Below are positions 30,570 to 32,000 of a DNA stretch of 32,000 bases, in pieces. The stretch is from contig JANQNC010000001.1 of assembly GCA_028279745.1 (NCBI GenBank), positions 390,001 to 422,000 of the forward strand, written 5' to 3'. The notes beneath the pieces were generated by a model that saw only the letters and a program-made list of their open reading frames with translations, did not search any database and had not been told where the DNA came from. Made by a program: the position numbers and the translations under genes. Source of the stretch: Candidatus Nanoarchaeia archaeon (GTDB lineage Archaea; Nanobdellota; Nanobdellia; Woesearchaeales; JANQNC01). Each line of letters opens with the position of its first letter. Position 1 is the first letter of the stretch.

Positions 30570-30862
30570 AAAAATGCAGCTGCAATAAAAAAATGAAAGA
30601 GTTTGTAGGTAAAACTCCAGATGGAATAAAATACAAATACTTTAGATGCAACTCCTGTGGTGAAGAGATACTAGACATGAAACAGTTACATAAAGTTGCA
30701 GAAGAATACAGAATAATGAAAAAATATCACGCAAAACTCTCAAAGTGGGGCCTAAGCGTGGGGTTAAGAATACCAAAGGACATACTAAAAAAACATAACC
30801 TCAAACCAAACAAAGAAGTTACAATTATCGACGAAGAAAAAGGATTTAGGGTAATAAGCTAA
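30566..30862 (+). CDS. zinc-ribbon + AbrB/MazE/SpoVT-like antitoxin
   Basis: The tracked ORF starts at 30512. The ATG at 30566 overlaps the toxin stop. It has CSC...CNSC (zinc ribbon), then SKWGLSVGLRIPKDILKKHNLKPNKEVTI (swapped-hairpin AbrB-type motif). Confidence 0.55.
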   Translation: MKKCSCNKKMKEFVGKTPDGIKYKYFRCNSCGEEILDMKQLHKVAEEYRIMKKYHAKLSKWGLSVGLRIPKDILKKHNLKPNKEVTIIDEEKGFRVIS

Positions 30863-31827
30863 TATATCTCTTCAGAAATTTCTTTCCTTAAACTATCAAG
30901 ATCAGAAACAACTTTTACAGACAACTTAAGTTTAGACAATCTATCATCAGCATCATCAATCAGATCAGTCTTACTCAAATAAACAACAACTGGCTTATCA
31001 AACTCCTTCAAAGAATTAAACAATTTCAACTGATCTTTCAAAGGATAAGACGCTTCTGTCAAGTCAAAAACATAGACAATAACATGCGCAACATACTTCA
31101 AAGCCAAGTAAGCTTGCTTCTCGATATCATTAAGTTTCTCAAAACGATTTAAGCTTCCAGGAGTATCTAAAAGCTGGATCTTCTCTTCATCAATAGAGGT
31201 GTAAGCCATATTAAGCTGTTTAGTTGTGAAAGCATAGTTGCTGATCTTAGCTTTACTTCCGCCAAGCTTATTCAACAAAGTTGATTTTCCAACATTAGGG
31301 AAGCCAAATAAAGCAACACTAAACAGTTTAGTCTTGATTGTAGGGAAAGACCTCATATCTCTCCTAGCCAATTCTAAAAATTCAAGATGAACCTTCAACC
31401 TCTTTAACAAAGAACTTATCCTGCCATAATAAGAACTTTTAAGTTTATTAACCTCATCTAAACTTTTAGCCAACTTGATCTTATAAGAATAGTCTTTATG
31501 AAAATCTGCAAGCTTAGTTATGCCCCAATTAACTGAAGACAAAGCTTTCCTAAAATCACCAATAGAAAAATAACACTTGATAAGATGCATGTAAAAGTCA
31601 TCAAGCTGATCAATCGAAGGAAAAGTCTTAATGATCCTATTAAAGACTTCCTTAAGAGATGACTTAATGGACTTTAGCTTTGTAAGTTCTATGTTTTTCT
31701 GAATATTAAGCCTGTCACCTTTCATCTTAGAAGACCTCAAAGAAGAAGCTTCTTTAGTGGCTCTACTAAAAGCTAAGTCTAAGTAAAATTTAGCGGTTTC
31801 AACCTTTGGAATCTCATTAAAGCCCAT
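30859..31827 (-). CDS. NOG1-type GTP-binding protein
   Basis: The tracked start at 31875 is a TTG. The ATG at 31827 lies 23 nt from the TATA box. N-terminal NOG1-like helical domain plus a G-domain: GFPNVGKSTLLNKL (G1), FTT (G2), DTPG (G3), SKTD (G4). Confidence 0.85.
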   Translation of the reverse strand: MGFNEIPKVETAKFYLDLAFSRATKEASSLRSSKMKGDRLNIQKNIELTKLKSIKSSLKEVFNRIIKTFPSIDQLDDFYMHLIKCYFSIGDFRKALSSVNWGITKLADFHKDYSYKIKLAKSLDEVNKLKSSYYGRISSLLKRLKVHLEFLELARRDMRSFPTIKTKLFSVALFGFPNVGKSTLLNKLGGSKAKISNYAFTTKQLNMAYTSIDEEKIQLLDTPGSLNRFEKLNDIEKQAYLALKYVAHVIVYVFDLTEASYPLKDQLKLFNSLKEFDKPVVVYLSKTDLIDDADDRLSKLKLSVKVVSDLDSLRKEISEEIY

Positions 31828-31849
31828 AAAAAGAAGGTTCAGAAAGTGC

Positions 31850-31857
31850 TTTATAAA
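31850..31857 (-). promoter_or_regulatory. TTTATAAA TATA box for the NOG1-type GTPase gene
   Basis: This palindromic octamer lies 23 nt upstream of the ATG at 31827 (minus strand). Confidence 0.4.
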
Positions 31858-31882
31858 TGTATATACAAAAACCAAGCAAACC

Positions 31883-31891
31883 TTTTTAAAT
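31883..31891 (+). promoter_or_regulatory. TATA box for rps6e
   Basis: TTTTTAAAT lies 37 nt upstream of the ATG at 31928, with a GAGGT SD at 31913-31917. Confidence 0.4.
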
Positions 31892-31927
31892 GATGACTAA
31901 ATCCAAACAGAAGAGGTAATCAAAAAA

Positions 31928-32000
31928 ATGGTCGATTTTAAAGTTGTAATAGGACACAAGGACAAATCCTTCCAAAGGGAAGTTAAAGATGCAGACACAC
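31928..32000 (+). CDS. rps6e: 30S ribosomal protein eS6 (S6e), 5' end only (runs off the window)
   Basis: MVDFKVVIGHKDKSFQREVKDADT matches the conserved archaeal S6e N-terminus (M.DFKVVISDP..G..YQ.EVKD). Confidence 0.7.
   Translation, partial: MVDFKVVIGHKDKSFQREVKDADT

Noticed and set aside
31890-31896. ATGATGA (C-box-like) in the nog1-rps6e spacer, and GTGATGA at 13636-13642, as possible C/D-box sRNAs
   Set aside because: No CTGA D or D' box or second C' box lies within the following 70 nt in either case.
1-32000. Search for CRISPR arrays, IS elements, integrases, and rRNA or tRNA genes
   Set aside because: I saw no regularly spaced direct repeats, no transposase or integrase-like ORFs, no terminal inverted repeats bounding a cassette, and no tRNA- or rRNA-like conserved segments on either strand.

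Overview
This is an AT-rich, very compact archaeal chromosome segment. The archaeal assignment rests on archaeal-type uL11, uL16 (L10e) and eS6, archaeal-type triosephosphate isomerase, SepF, a ZPR1 zinc-finger protein, a NOG1-type GTPase and TrmB and Lrp/AsnC regulators. TTTATAAA-like TATA boxes sit about 22-29 nt upstream of many ATGs, so most transcripts look leaderless, while genes inside operons use GGAGG-type Shine-Dalgarno sites. The gene content fits a small-genome, DPANN-like archaeon, but that is inference only. I support about 45 protein-coding genes and saw no rRNA, tRNA, CRISPR array, transposase or integrase. The housekeeping genes are rpl11, a wHTH regulator divergent from grpE / CxxCxxCC protein / DUF3467-like / dnaK / dnaJ, tpiA, sepF, rpl10e, nog1 and the start of rps6e. 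Five accessory blocks stand out. (1) At 23.5-26.2 kb, an orphan trio combines a HEPN/DUF4145-like Rx4H protein, a protein with an unrecognised N-domain and a C-terminal PD-(D/E)xK nuclease signature, and a 331-aa unknown. The last two are driven from a perfect 27-nt palindrome made of two outward-facing TATA boxes. This is my best candidate for an undescribed defence or toxin system. (2) At 18.1-20.9 kb, a radical SAM/SPASM enzyme sits next to a divergent stand-alone 3-dehydroquinate-synthase-family cyclase and two small membrane proteins. (3) At 15.7-17.3 kb, three translationally coupled genes encode a CYTH-like protein, a dNK-like P-loop kinase and a tail-anchored mini-protein, divergent from a TrmB regulator. 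(4) At 27.9-30.2 kb, a SpoIIE/RsbU-type PP2C phosphatase is coupled to a STAS-like protein. (5) At 30.4-30.9 kb there is a DUF4258-like toxin / zinc-ribbon-AbrB antitoxin pair. Other points of interest are a uL11 with a ~90-aa P-stalk-like C-terminal extension, two secreted proteins with PEF-CTERM-like sorting tails, and an orphan coupled gene pair at 9.8-11.9 kb. All family assignments come from motif recognition by eye. No database search was run.
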